Source: Hyaloraphidium curvatum SAG 235-1 (taxonomy: Eukaryota; Fungi; Monoblepharomycota). From it: a DNA stretch of 64,000 bases. Positions 1 to 12,132 of this stretch are shown piece after piece. Numbering within the stretch: the stretch's first letter is position 1; each line of letters starts with the position of its first letter. The translations under genes and the position numbers were made by a program. Under the pieces are notes generated by a model. The model did not search any database and was not told the origin of the DNA. It was given only the letters and a program-made list of their open reading frames with translations. The DNA is taken from contig JAIVFI010000043.1 of the NCBI GenBank assembly GCA_025558095.1, positions 1-64,000 on the forward strand. Reading direction: 5' to 3'.

Positions 1-30
1 ATCACTGATCGCGACCGGTGCCTTTGGCAG

Positions 31-277
31 CTGGATGATCACAGGACACGCTTATTCCGCCGCTCGCGGCCCGGTGGCGACCGCCTCGCTGCGCCTCTCG
101 TTCACCCCCGCCGGGAGGGCCTTCCCATCGGGGTGGATGACGATCCGGGCGGGGCGGCACGAAGCGGCCGGAGGGAAGAGGATCGTGGGCAGGGCGGAGA
201 TCACGGATGCGGCAGGCAACTTCCTCGCGAGGGCCGAGGGGACCTTCGCGGTGCTCGGGCCGCCGCCCAAGATGTAG
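31..277 (+). CDS. 3' exon of a HotDog-fold (PaaI-like) thioesterase, truncated by the window edge
   Basis: Branch point and acceptor (ctgat...ggcag) end at 30. Translation VATASLRLSF...GKRIVGRAEITDAAGNFLARAEGTF matches the C-terminal strands of HotDog thioesterases. Confidence 0.7.
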
Positions 278-319
278 TTCCGAGTGGGGGGGAACAACGC
301 GCCGCGCGCACGGCCCCGC

Positions 320-3300
320 GAGTGCTCCAAAAGCGTCGCCGTCTACTACCAGCGGCTATTGAATACAAGACGCATACATCCATCCTCCCGACATCCTCCA
401 AATATCCGACTCATGCGATTGCTACTGTTACTTTACGTGCGTTTTAGCCCCTCGATCTGTCACTCTTCCCCCATCCCTCCCCCACATCCCTCCCCCCCTC
501 TACCGGCTCTTGGCCTTGACCGTGACGGTCTTGGTCGCGGTGACCTTGATCGTCTTGGTCGACTTGATGGTGATCTTGGTCGTGCGCACGAGCGTGGTCG
601 TGACCTTGCCGACGGTCTTGGTCGCGGTCGACACCTTGGTTGTCGTCACGGGGAAGGAGAGGACGCTCGTGGAGACGCTCGTGGAGACGCGGGTGACCGT
701 GGTCGGAACCGAGACCGTGCTCGTGCTGAAGACAGTGATGGTGGCGAGCGAGGTCGTGCTGGTGAGGGTGACGGGGGGTGCGTTGGAGACCGAGACCGAG
801 GTGACGGTCGACGTGACGGCCGGCAGCGAGATCGTCGAGGTCACGGTCGAAATGGCCGTCGTGGTGAGTGTCGAAGTCACGGCTGCGATCACGCCGGGCT
901 TGAAGGAGAGGCACCACGAGTCGACGTAGATGGACGTGGCGCCGTCGTTGACGTTGCACGAGAGCGTCCACGTGGTAGCGGAGCCGTTGAAGGCCAGCCC
1001 CGAGAGTGGCGTCTGCGGGCGGTAGCGAGTCCCCAGGCATGCCTCCTCGACCGTCAGGTTGCCGTAGTTCGGCGAATCCAGGTAGCGGAGCACGGCGGAG
1101 TCGTCGAAAATGAGTGGAGCCCCTGCGAGGCGTTCGCGGCACTTGGTCTCGTTGTAGGGCGATTCGAAGAGCAGGCTCTCGGGGGCAGGGCCCCCATTGA
1201 GGGAGTTGCCGTTGGAAACAGTCACGAAGATGGACCCGAGGGACTTGGTGTCGAAGTAAAGCTCCACGTCCACGCCGCCGACGGGGCCGACATTGGCCAC
1301 GTCGATGTTGAAGTTCTGCGGCGTGTTGCGATAAGTGAGGTCCTTCTGCACCGAGCCGCAGTAGCGCATGACGCCGGGCACGGCAGGCGTGGCGGTGGCC
1401 TGCAAGGATGGGGAGGAAGGCAGCACGTCAGACCTGGCAATGCAAAGCGCGGGCACGGTGTCCTTACCCAGGTCCTCGTGGTCGAAGGTGTGGCACTGGT
1501 AGTCGTGGTTCTCGTGCGAAGACCTTCCAAGGAGATGCACCACGAGTCGATATGCACGGCGGGCATGTTTTCGTCCAAACCCCAGACCCCCAGCTCCAGC
1601 TTCGAAAGCCCAAACTCCAGCTGCCGCGGTGCCAGGTCGTCCAGGATGAAAATGTCTCCAGACGGCCGATAGCGCGTCCCGAGGCAGGCGTCCTCGACCG
1701 TAGGAGGCTCCGCCGAGCCGTAGAGGTACCGGGACGGTGCGTCGTCGTCGAAGATGATGGGCAGTCCCGCGGGGCGGTCGCGGCAGATGGTGTCGTTGTA
1801 ACGCTCGGCAAATGGCCCTGTAAACAGCTCATGCCAGTAGTTCCTGTCGGGGTCGGTGACGACCATCATGAGCCCCGCTACGCTTGGGCTGTCGAAGTAG
1901 ACCTCCACGTCCACGCCGCCGAAGGGTTCCGAAGGGAGGTCGATGCCGAAGTACTGGGGCGTGTTGGCCCAGTCAAAGTCGCTCTGGATCTGCATGCAGT
2001 AGCGTCGGCCCCCTCCAGTGAGCGGCGTCGCGGTGGCCTGGATGTGGGGGGCCCCTGTGAGCAGGTGAGCGCCGGGACGCGTGCGCACGGCCGTACCCAG
2101 GTCCGGGTCGTCGTGGGGGTCGCAGTCGTGGTCGTCTGGGTCGTTTCGGTCACGGAGCCGTTGGCGACGGAGAGCTTGTACTCGAGCCAGGACCGCGCCG
2201 AGGACAGCCTCGCAAAGGTGCTCTGCCCGATGTCGCAGGTGTCCCAATACCAGCTCGCCAATGCGACCTCCTCCAGGATCCCGTCGGCGTTGAACTGCAG
2301 CAGTGGGCTTCCAGAGTCGCCGATGCAGTGGGACTTGCCCGGGCCGCCGGCGCAGAGCCAGCTCGGGTGGAAGGTCTCCGCGGTGAAGTTCACCAGGGAG
2401 GGGTCTCCTTCCAGGGTGGAAGCCTCGTTGTACCGGTCCATGCACTCGGCGATCGTTAGGGCCGTGAGGTTGCCCTGTTGCAGGTACTGGGGGGGAAGGT
2501 GGGGTTAGTCGAGGGGCGCAGCAGGCCGACGCGGGTGGTCCCGGAACGAACCCTAGGTTCTCCGCGCTGGACGCCATCAAGGAAAAAGTCACTCTCGGCC
2601 ATGCCGAAACCGATCGCGGTCACGACCGAGCCGGGCAGCGGATCCTCGGCGCGGAAGTTGATGGGGAGCACTGCTGGACTCCCTTCACCGGTCACGGTGG
2701 GCTCCGAGAGGTGCAGCACGGCAAAATCGTTGACGGTGACGCCCGGGAGGGGGGAGTCCACAAGGAAATCGGGATGTAACTCGAAGCTCTTGACGGGGAA
2801 CGAAAATCCCCCTTCTTCCTCGACGGTCTTGCTGCGGTTGCGGCGGCCGGTCTCGATGAAGCCGGTGAGGCCGTACATACGCCAGAAGTCGACGCAGAGG
2901 CCTGCATAGGGGTGAGGGAACGCGTGTCAGAAGGTGTATCCGTGCCGCGAAGCGGACGGAGCCCCGTGGCCTGCCTCCCTACCTGCGGTGAGAGCCATCC
3001 TCGGGGCCACCAGGGCCGCCCCGCAGACAAACACGTTTGGGCCGCCAAAGGGGATGGTGACATACAGCATCGCGTGGAAGGGGTACTTGGAGTCCGATTC
3101 GACCGTCGTGCCGCCGATGATGGCCGGCGGAGGCGAACCACCGGCGGTGCCGATGCGCTGCGCGGCCGGCCGGGCGGAGGCCGCCGAGGGGCGCGGCCCG
3201 CTGGTGCGGTTGAGGAACGCGGCCTTCAGGATCTTGAGCTCCCGGAGGTACGTGGCGGGGAGCCGGGAGCCGAGCTGGGCACGCGGGGCGGCGGCATCGG

Positions 3301-3750
3301 CCCCGCACAGGAGGGCGAGCGCGGCGAGCGCGGCGAGCGCGGCCACGGCGAGCGCGGCGTGGCGGATCATGCTTGCGGCGCGGCGGAGATCTCGGCGGCG
3401 GGAGCGGGTGGCGACGGCCGGTTTTAGTTCCCGTCAGGCAGAAATCTGGACTTTCAGGGAAGGTTCTTTTCGGGTCCAGCGGCTGAAGGGGTGATGACCC
3501 GAGGTCCCCGCTTCGCCGCAACGCCGCGCCCCTTGCGCCAAACTCAGCTGGATATTTCAGGAGGTCGATCGCCGGCCACAGGGCCATCGACCGGCGGCGG
3601 TGGTGTGCGGACACGGCCGGCAGCGAAAACGGCGGGGCCGGTTCCAGCCAGGAGAGTGTTCCATGGCTTTCGCCCCGCGGGCCGACATGACCGCCCGCCC
3701 GGGCCGCCGAACGTTCTTTCGAACTGCATCTGGGCGCTCCGGCATGGCCG
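320..3750. repeat. Left arm of a diverged inverted duplication (partner about 6490-9825)
   Basis: Similarity covers CDS, intron positions, 3' flank (ttgtattca-tagccgc...tggtagt) and promoter motifs (gaaagaacgttcgg, tggctgga). Confidence 0.85.
500..3370 (-). CDS. Secreted S1 (trypsin/chymotrypsin) protease homologue, copy A: catalytic His replaced by Leu; two P-domain-like repeats and a Thr/Lys-rich tail; 4 introns
   Basis: Signal peptide MIRHAALAVAALAALAALALLCG; mature start IIGG; CGAALVAPRMALTA|GLC across intron 2902-2982; NDFAVL; GDSGSP. Introns lie at the same positions as in paralog 6819-9674. Confidence 0.88.
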
Positions 3751-4320
3751 GCGGTCCTCTTGACCGCGTCTTAGGCGCCCCAGATGGGGCGCCTTCGGCG
3801 ATTGTGGGCGTCTGCACCGCCAGCGATGCCAGGGACGGGTGGCAAACGGCCGATGGTCCGGCCGTTTTCCCGGAGGGCCGCTCCTCCTCGACGCGCTAAG
3901 CATCGGGCGCCGGTCGGACGCCCAGCACGTCCCGCGTTGCCGCCACTTTCTCCTCGAGCTCGCAGAACCTGTGCTTCGGGGTTCGTAGCCGCACGCAACC
4001 TGCGGCGATCGGCACAGCCCCGCTCGACCGCTCCCATCGCGGCGGTACTGCGGGCTCCCGCCCACAGCTGCCGCCCATGGGGACCCGTGCCAGCCCCAGG
4101 ATACGTCGTCTGGCGTCCCGGGCACCAGGGCAGCACCGCGATCCCGATTCCGCTGGCCGTCCCCGATCCGCCCGGACTGCTGGCTTCTTCGTCGGGTCCG
4201 CGTCGTGGACCGCCGGCTGGAGGACGGAAGGAGAAACGGGGCATGGATTCGGAGCACGAGAGCACGATCCAAAGCGCGACCACGGGGTCATCTTCGCCCG
4301 TCGCCTCTTCGGGCCCGGCA

Positions 4321-5700
4321 TCACCCACACCCCACCCGTCCCTCCTCCTTCCTCCCGACCTCCACCCCCGCCGCCTCGTAGACCATCTCCAGCGCGTTCC
4401 CCAGCATGTCGGCCCACGCGTTGCCCGCCTCCCAGGTGACGTAGTGCAGGCAGTCCGCCCCGCCCTTGTGGCCGTCCCCGCGCAGCGCGGTGGCGAAACT
4501 CACGTCCAGCAGGATCACCCCCGGGAACTCGTCCCGCAGGAGGGCGCCGAGGAGGTGGTTCTGCCGGTAGAACGAGCCCCAGTGGTGCGGCAGCCCGCAC
4601 CACGGCTGGGGCACATCCAGCGGCGCGCGGATGAGGGAACAGTTCTCGTGACCCGGGGGGGTCGTCCGCGCGAAGACGATGGCCCGGGGGGCGGCGCGGC
4701 GGAGGTGGGAGAGGGCCGAGCGCCACGAAGACACGTAGAGAGTGTCGTTCTCGTAATGCGAGCCGCGGTTGAGCACCAGCACGCCCGGGAACCCCGCCAG
4801 GCCCGTCGACCAGGGAAAGTCCGAGTAGTAGTAATTGACCGTCGCCCTCGGGTCGCCGTCGACGAGGAGGCGGTCCGCGCGGTTGTACAGCATGTAGGCG
4901 CACTTGAAGTCCGCGTCGCCCGGCTGCAGGGGCTGCGGGGGGGTGCAGATGTTGACGACGATGGTCTTGTTGTACCGCCCGATGTGCCAGTCGGGCAGCG
5001 GCGGAGGCGTGGGGAGGAGGTGGGGATCGGTGTCGTTGCCGCAGAAGGGGTCGGAGGAGGGAGGGGCGGAGGATGGACTGCTCCGAGGGTGCAGTGAGCT
5101 GCCTGTCCGGCCGGGGGTCTGCCAGGCGGCCTCGGGTGCGGCCCAAGGCCCGCCGGCGGTGAGCTTCGCGTCCAGCGCGTGCAGCACGTACCGCGTCATG
5201 GAGTCGCCGACCAGCCCGAGCTTCCTGCCGTCCAGCAGGCGGCACAGCCCGCGGGGCGAATACCGTTTCCAAGGCCTGCCGCAGTTCCCGGGCGCCCACA
5301 AATAGGTCGCGTTGGCGGGGTCGCCCGGGGGGGCGGGCACCCATTTCCCTTCCCACGAATAGCACTGCAGGATTTTGTTGAGGTCGGCCCATTTTGAGGC
5401 GGGCATTTCGATACCCTCGGCGACGAGGACCGGCAAGTCCGCCCCGGGGGCAGGGGCCCAGGGGAGCGGAGGCCGCGGAGGTAGCGCGGGCAGGGCCGGT
5501 GGGGGCGGCGGGGGCGGCGGGGGCGGCACCGGCTGACCGGCAGTCAAGACCGGAGCGCTCCCTCCGGGAAATGTTTGGCCGCCCCAGCCGTCGTCGCCCC
5601 CGCCTGAAAGGAGGAGGAAGAGGCCCGCCGCAAGCAGCAGTGTGAGGAGCGCCGCGAGGAGCGGCGCCCACCGCGGCCCCGGCGCCGCGGACGCCGCCAT
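4321..5700 (-). CDS. Type II membrane SGNH/PC-esterase (TBL/CAS1-like O-acetyltransferase or esterase)
   Basis: N-terminal TM helix, Pro-rich stem, Cys-Trp region (CYSWEGKW...YLWAPGNC), GDS motif (LVGDSMTR) and DxxH motif (DCLHY). Confidence 0.8.
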   Translation of the reverse strand: MAASAAPGPRWAPLLAALLTLLLAAGLFLLLSGGGDDGWGGQTFPGGSAPVLTAGQPVPPPPPPPPPPALPALPPRPPLPWAPAPGADLPVLVAEGIEMPASKWADLNKILQCYSWEGKWVPAPPGDPANATYLWAPGNCGRPWKRYSPRGLCRLLDGRKLGLVGDSMTRYVLHALDAKLTAGGPWAAPEAAWQTPGRTGSSLHPRSSPSSAPPSSDPFCGNDTDPHLLPTPPPLPDWHIGRYNKTIVVNICTPPQPLQPGDADFKCAYMLYNRADRLLVDGDPRATVNYYYSDFPWSTGLAGFPGVLVLNRGSHYENDTLYVSSWRSALSHLRRAAPRAIVFARTTPPGHENCSLIRAPLDVPQPWCGLPHHWGSFYRQNHLLGALLRDEFPGVILLDVSFATALRGDGHKGGADCLHYVTWEAGNAWADMLGNALEMVYEAAGVEVGRKEEGRVGCG

Positions 5701-6489
5701 GACCTGTCAAGAGAGCCCGCACGCACGCCGCGGCGGCCCTCCGGACCCGGGCGTGGAAAAAGTGGGCGGGGCCCGATTGCAGCGGGACTGGCTGTGCAGC
5801 CCTTGCCGCCTCTCTCCTCCTCTCGGCCCGTCCGCCTACGGCACCCAAACCGTATCGGCCATCACAAAACTTGACCAGCGGGTAGAAGTGAGGGTGAATC
5901 TCCCAGCCGTATTGCAGATGCTCCCTGGAGCCCGTCTCCCACATCCCGTTCCCGATTGCACTTTCCGGTCCATCCCATCCTCGTCGTCCAACCCTCTTGA
6001 TTTAAGACGACCGCCGGAGAATGCCATGCTCGTGATGAAGGAGTGGGACGGGCGGCTTGCGAGGGTCCGGACCGGTCCGGTCACTCGGGTTGTCGCGGGG
6101 ACACCTAGGGAATTCGGGATCGCGGTGGCCCGCGGATGCCCGGGCTGCCCGACCATCCGCCCCGTGTTACGGATCTCTGTCCACGAGCTGGGAGCCCGTT
6201 CGCAATGGGAGGGGGCGAGCGAGCGGGCGGTGCCGATCGGGTGGGTGGGTCCGCGGCCCGGTCGAACCCGGAAGCGAAGAACATGCGCACAGGAGCTTCA
6301 AATGACAGTGCCGCAGTATTGCCGGGTCGCTTAGTCGGCTCCCCGAGGCGGAACGCGTCGCTAAGGACGGCGTCCCGGAAAATCGGCCCGTCCCTGGGCC
6401 ACTGCCTCCTTCGCCACCCATCCCCGTGCCCGTCGCGGGATAGATTGCGCCCTCCCTGCGGGGTTGCGCCGCAACCGCCGCTCCCGCTT

Positions 6490-9400
6490 TGCCGGATTTG
6501 ATGCAGACGCCCTCCGGAAAGAACGTTCGGGCGGGCCCGGCGGGCGGTCCGGCCCAGCCCTGGAACATTCTGCTGGCTGGAGCGGCCCGCCAACGCGTTC
6601 GCTGGCCAGTGCCCGGACCGCGACCACCGACGGCCGGAAGGTCGGTCCCCAGTGGCTGACGATGCCGAGATCTGCCCCGGCAGGCGGCGTGGCGATCGGA
6701 GGTGAATCATCGTCCCCAGCCTCCGGAGGACCCGAAGGAGGAAATCCCTGGAAGTCGAGATTTCTGCTGAACAGGACTCACCGAATCGGCCCCATCGCCG
6801 CGCGCCATCGCCGCAAACATGGTCTGCCGCGCCCTGCTGGCGCTGGCCGCGCTCCTCGCGCTCGCCGTCGCGTCCGGCGCCGACGTCCCCGCCGGGCGCT
6901 TCCGCGGCTCCCGGCTGCCCGCCACGTACCTCAACGAGCTGCGCGCCGCCAAGGCCGAGTTCCGCAACCGCACCGCCAAGCTGCGCCCCTCCGCGGCCGC
7001 CGGGAGACCGGGCGCGCTGCGCGTCGGATCCGCCGGTGGTTCGCCCCCGCCGGCAATCATCGGCGGCGCCACCGTCGAATCGACCTCCAAGTACCCCTTC
7101 TACGCGATGCTCCTCGTGCACTTTGGCGAGGACAGCCCCAGGTACTTCGTCTGCGGGGCTTCGATGATCGGGCCGAGGCTCGCGCTCACGGCAGGTGGGT
7201 CGAGGGCGTGCTCCTTCGCTGTGCGGCGGGGGAACGATCTGACTTCCGCTCCCGCGCAGCCCACTGCGTTTACTTCTGGGCTTCCGAGGGCATCGTCGGC
7301 GGCGTCATCGAGACCGGCCGCCGCAACCGCAGCAAGACCGTCGAGGAGGAAGGCGGATGGGCCTTCGAGGTCGAGAGCTTCGTGATGCATCCCGACTACG
7401 ACGACTATGCGACCACCAACGACTTTGCCCTGCTGCGCCTCAAGGAACCCTTCGTGACCGGCACCAAGGACATCGCGCTGCTCCCCGTCAACCTCGGCCC
7501 GGGCGACCCGGCGCCCGGGTCGGGCGTGACCGCGATCGGCCTGGGGATCGCGGAAAGCGACTTTTTCGTCGATGAGACAATGCGTGGAACGCCCAGGGTT
7601 CGTCCTGCGTTCGGTTCGCCGCCGGGCTCTGTGCCTGAAACCGCTTCCCGCCACACAGTATCTTCAGGAGGTCAACATCACGGCCCCATCGAACGCCGAG
7701 TGCATCGCCGCCACCAACGAGTACGGCATAGTGGCCTTCCCCCCTCCCGAGTGGGACTGGGTCAACATGACCCAGGAGGACTTCAGCCCCACGTGGCTCT
7801 GCGCCGGAGGTCCGGGCAAGTCGCCTTGCCAGGGGGACTCTGGTGGTCCCCTGCTGCTGTACACGGCCGACGGCAACGTCTCGGTGGTCGGGCTCGTGAG
7901 CTGGGGCTTCCTCGGCTGCAGCGCCCCGTACGGATTCTTTTCCCGCATTTCCGCGGCGCAATCCTTCCTGGAGTGGCCGATCCTGGTCGCCAACGGTTCC
8001 GTGACCGAAACGACCCAGACGACCACGACCGCGACCCCCACGACGACCCGCACTTGGGTACGGCCGTGACCCCGCGCCCCGCCGCTTCCCCGCTCACCCC
8101 GTCTTCCCCGCATCCAGGCAACCGCTACGCCTCTCACACCCGGGGGCCGGCGCTACTGCGCACAGGTCCAGCAGGACTTTGACTACGGCAACACCCCCCA
8201 GTTTTTCGGCATCGATCTCCCCAACGATACCTTTGGCGGCGTGGACGTGGAGGTCTACTTCGACAGCCCCAGCATCTCGGGGCTCTCGATGGCCCTCACC
8301 GACCCCGACTGGTTCTACTGGACCACCCTGTTCGACGCGCCCAACATCATCGACGGCAACGAGACCATCTGCCGCGACCGCCCCGCCGGATTGCCCATCA
8401 TCTTCGACGACGACGCCCCGTACGGGTACGTCGACGGCTCGGCCGAGTCCCTGACGGTCGGGGAGGCCTGCCTCGGGACGCGGTACCGGCCCTTCCAGGG
8501 CGATGGTTCCTTGGACTCGCTGGTGCAGCAGCAGCAGGAGTCCGGGCTCTCGACGCTCCTGCTGGGGGTCAACATCTTCGATTTCCAGAGCACCATGCAC
8601 GTCGACTCGTGGTGCGTCTCCTTCGAGGGCCCCCGCACGACCACGACATCTGCGTCCGCCACGCCTTCGACCACGAGGACCTGGGTGAGTGTTCCGCGGC
8701 GGGCCCCGAGGCGCCGAATCTGACGTGCAGCCTTCCTCCCACCCGTGCAGGCCACCGCCACGCCGGCCGTGCCAGGCGTCATGCGGTACTGCAGCTCGGC
8801 GCAGAAGGACCTCACCTACCGCAGCACGCCCGCGAACCTCAACATCGAGGTGCCCAACGTCGGTCCCGTCGGCGGCGTGGACGTGGAGCTCTACTTCGAC
8901 GCCAACTCCCTCAACGGAATCTACATGTCGGTCTACAACGGCAACTCGTTCAACGGCGGGCCTTCCGCCGAGACCCAGCTCTTCAACTCGCCCTCCAACG
9001 AGACCAAGTGCGGCCAGCGCCTCGCCGGGAACCCCCTCATCTTCGACGACTCGGCCGCGCTCCAGTACCTGGATTACCCGGACAACGATAACCTGACGGT
9101 CGCGGAGGCGTGCCTGGGGACGCGCTACCGCGCGCAGACGCCCCTCTCGGTGCTGGCGTTCAACGGCTCGGCCACCACGTGGACGCTCTACTGCCACATC
9201 TACAGCGGCATGACCTCCGTCTTCGTCGACTCGTGGTGCCTCTCCTTCAAGCCCGGCGTGATCGCAGCCGTGACTTCGACGCTCACCACGACGGCCATTT
9301 CGACCGTGACCTCGGTCTCGACAGTCTCGCTCCCGGCCGTCACCTCGACCGTCACCTCGACCTCGGTTTCGGTCTCGAACGCACCCCCCGTCACCCTCAC

Positions 9401-9825
9401 CAGCACGACCTCGCTCGCCGCCATCACTGTCTTCAGCACGAGCACGGTGTCGGTGCCGACCACGGTCACGACCGTCTCGACGAGCGTCTCCACGAGCGTC
9501 TCCACGAGCGTGGTCTCATTCCCCGTGACGACCACCAAGGTGTCGACCGCGACCAAGACCGTCGGCAAGGTCACGACCACGCTCGTGCGCACGACCAAGA
9601 TCACGATCAAGTCGACCAAGACGGTCAAGGTTACCGCGACCAAGACCGTCACGTTCAAGGCCAAGAGGCGGTAGAGGGAGGGAGGGAGTGGAGAGACGGA
9701 CGGGGAAAAGGCAACCACAGTATTGTAACACTATCACTAGCATATTCGGGGAATGACGAACGGAGTTTTGTATTCAGTAGCCGCCTTTTTGGTAGTGGAA
9801 GCCGGCAGCCTTTGGACTACTCGTA
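6490..9825. repeat. Right arm of the inverted duplication
   Basis: Reverse-complement similarity to 320-3750. Confidence 0.85.
6819..9674 (+). CDS. Secreted S1 serine protease, copy B (intact triad), with two P-domain-like repeats and a Thr/Lys-rich tail; 4 introns
   Basis: Signal peptide; IIGG; TAAHC across intron 7195-7259; NDFALL; GKSPCQGDSGGP; GLVSWG. Confidence 0.92.
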
Positions 9826-9923
9826 GGCCGACGCAGCGCTGTTGACGGGTGCGAAAGCCCGACCGGTGACGCACCGTCTCCCAAGACCTTCGGAGCCCCA
9901 CCCGCACAGCAGAAACCGGAAAG

Positions 9924-10267
9924 ATGACCTCCTCGGGCGCGCCTCCCCGCACGGACGACCGCGATTCCGCGGCCCCCGGCTCCACCGCCTCCGGGCAGCC
10001 CAAGGACCAGGGCGGCGTCGTCGGAGGTCCGCCCGGCGCTTCTTTCCCAAAGCCCTGATAGAATGCCTGCTCAACTCGCCGTCCCCACCAGCGCTCAAAT
10101 CCGCCGTCGGCCTGGGCGCCTCGCAGCCCGCGCAGGAGCACGGCTCGTCCAACGCCACGCCGCAGGCGCAGGCGGCATTCACCCCCGGCGAGACGCCCAA
10201 GCCGGCGTCGGCCGAGGCCGCGGGGAGGGGGCAGAACCCGTGGACGACGGAGGAGCCGAGGCACTGA
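9924..10267 (+). CDS. Small (92 aa) hydrophilic, disordered, hydrophilin-like protein; 1 intron
   Basis: ATG at 9924, intron 10027-10091 (gtccgc...ccag), spliced frame MTSSGAPP...QGGVVG|ALKSAVGLG...EEPRH*. Confidence 0.6.
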
Positions 10268-10422
10268 GGGCGTGCGGAGGGCGGTTTCGGCGCGGGCTCG
10301 TGCGTGCCCGATGGGAGATCTGGCTGGCCGGCCGGGAAAGGAGGACAACTCAGCAACACACTCTTCGAGCTTGCTACAAACATGCCTGCCCGATTCGCCC
10401 GTCCCAAGACCGTACATACCGC

Positions 10423-12132
10423 TCAAAGCCACGTCAGCTCCACGATCTGCCTCACAGTCGGATCCCCTTTGTAGACCATCTCCACCAACTTCCCCATCCT
10501 CGCCTCGCCCAGCGCCCCTGCCAGCCCGCGGAACTTCTTCTCGATCCGCGCGCCCTGCGGCTCGGGCTCGCCCTCTTCGGCCTCGCCGCCGGGGGCGACG
10601 ACGTACTTGGCCGGCCTGCCCGAGTCCGACTTGCCCTTGCCCACGGTGCCGTCAGCGAGGACAACTTCGACCTCGGCCTTGTTTCCCGTGGGGTCCCATC
10701 CCTCGAGGAAGTCGATTTCCACGCCCTCGCGGACCAGCCTCGCAGCCTCGGCGTCGGCCTGCACCGCGGCGTCGGTCCAGGTGGCGAGACGGCCCGTGTC
10801 GCGGCCGAGGGCGGCGGCAGCGAGGGCGTGCCGAAGCGAGAACTTGGCTTCGAGGCCGGTGCGGGGGTTCAGAATGTTGCAGACTCGCGAAGTGTGGGCC
10901 GCGATCTTGAGGCGAATCGTGCGGATCGGGGCTGGGAGAGGGTTGGGAAGGCTCCGAACCGCAAGAACAGCCGCATCGATCGGCGCGGCCGTGAAGTAGC
11001 AACTAGCGTGATACTTGAAGAGGTTGTTGCGGAGGTGCCACCCGCCGGCCTTGCCCTTGCCGGGGAACCAGTCCTTGGCGGCCCCCTCGAGCGACTCTGC
11101 CCAGTTGAAGTCGCCGCTGTGGCTCGCCACGAACCCCTGCGCGCACTCGAGCGCGTCGGGCCTGCTCTCGAACCCGCGCGAGGCCAGCAGCGCCGACAGC
11201 AGCCCGTGGTACCCGGCCTTGCCCGCGTGGAACGGCTTGGCGTGCGTGCCGAAGAGCGACTTGAGGCCCGAGGCCTGGGTGCCCGCGAGCCCCATCGCGT
11301 GCGCGGTCTTGGCGGCGTCGAGGCCGAGCAGGCGGGCGCACGAGGCGGCGGCGCCGATGGCGCCGAGGGTGCCGGTGGCGTGGAAGCCGCGGCCGGTGTA
11401 CATGTCGGGCGAGACGAGGGCGCCGAGGCGCGAAGTGACCTCGAAGCCGGCGGCGAAGGCGACGAGGACGGCGGGCAGGGAGTTGGCCGGTGCCGGGAGG
11501 GTCTCGGCAAGGGCAAAGAGCGGCGGGAGGAGGGCGACCGAGGTGTGCGTGGGGCCCATCATCTCCACTGTAGGACATTTCCCGACGGAGTAATGTCAGA
11601 TGCTGTAGACTACCGACACTCCTCCTCTGGGCCACCCACCATCGTCGAAATCCAGCGTGTGGGCGGCGGTCCCGTTGAGCAGCGTGGCATCAAGGGAAGC
11701 CAGCCGCATCGGCTTGAGCCCCTCCGTGGTCCCGCCCCAGATCGACGCGCCGCCCTCGAGCAGCGTGTCCCCGAACGCCGGGTCGTACTGCTTCGCCTGC
11801 GCGACCAGCTCGGCCTCCAGGATTTTGAGCAGCTCGACGTTGTCGAGGCCCTCGACCGACGCGGAGGGCAGCTGGTGCGCGGCGACGGCGCAGCCGAGCG
11901 TGTCCAGGACGCATTGCCGCGCGATGTGCAGGCACTCCTCGGGGACCTAACACAGCGAGATGAACAGGAGGTGGCAATAGAAGGTGGTTAAAGGGTGTTT
12001 AAGTCGGGAGACCGGAGCAGGTCGGCGCACCTCGTTGCCGGGCGTGCCGACGGCCGCGACCCACTCGGCCAGCCGCATCGTGAGGCCGGACGAAGCGCGG
12101 TCGGGCGCGGAGGAGGCGTCGGCGGCGGGCAT
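10423..12132 (-). CDS. MmgE/PrpD family protein; 2 introns
   Basis: ARQCVLDTLGCAVA, LNGTAAHTLDFDD...THTS, GFHATGTLGAIGAA, KPFHAG, FKYHASC, EAKFSL. Confidence 0.92.

Noticed and set aside
320-9825. Inverted arms as a composite transposon carrying the central gene
   Set aside because: The arms are diverged host protease genes; no transposase, terminal inverted repeats or target-site duplication seen.
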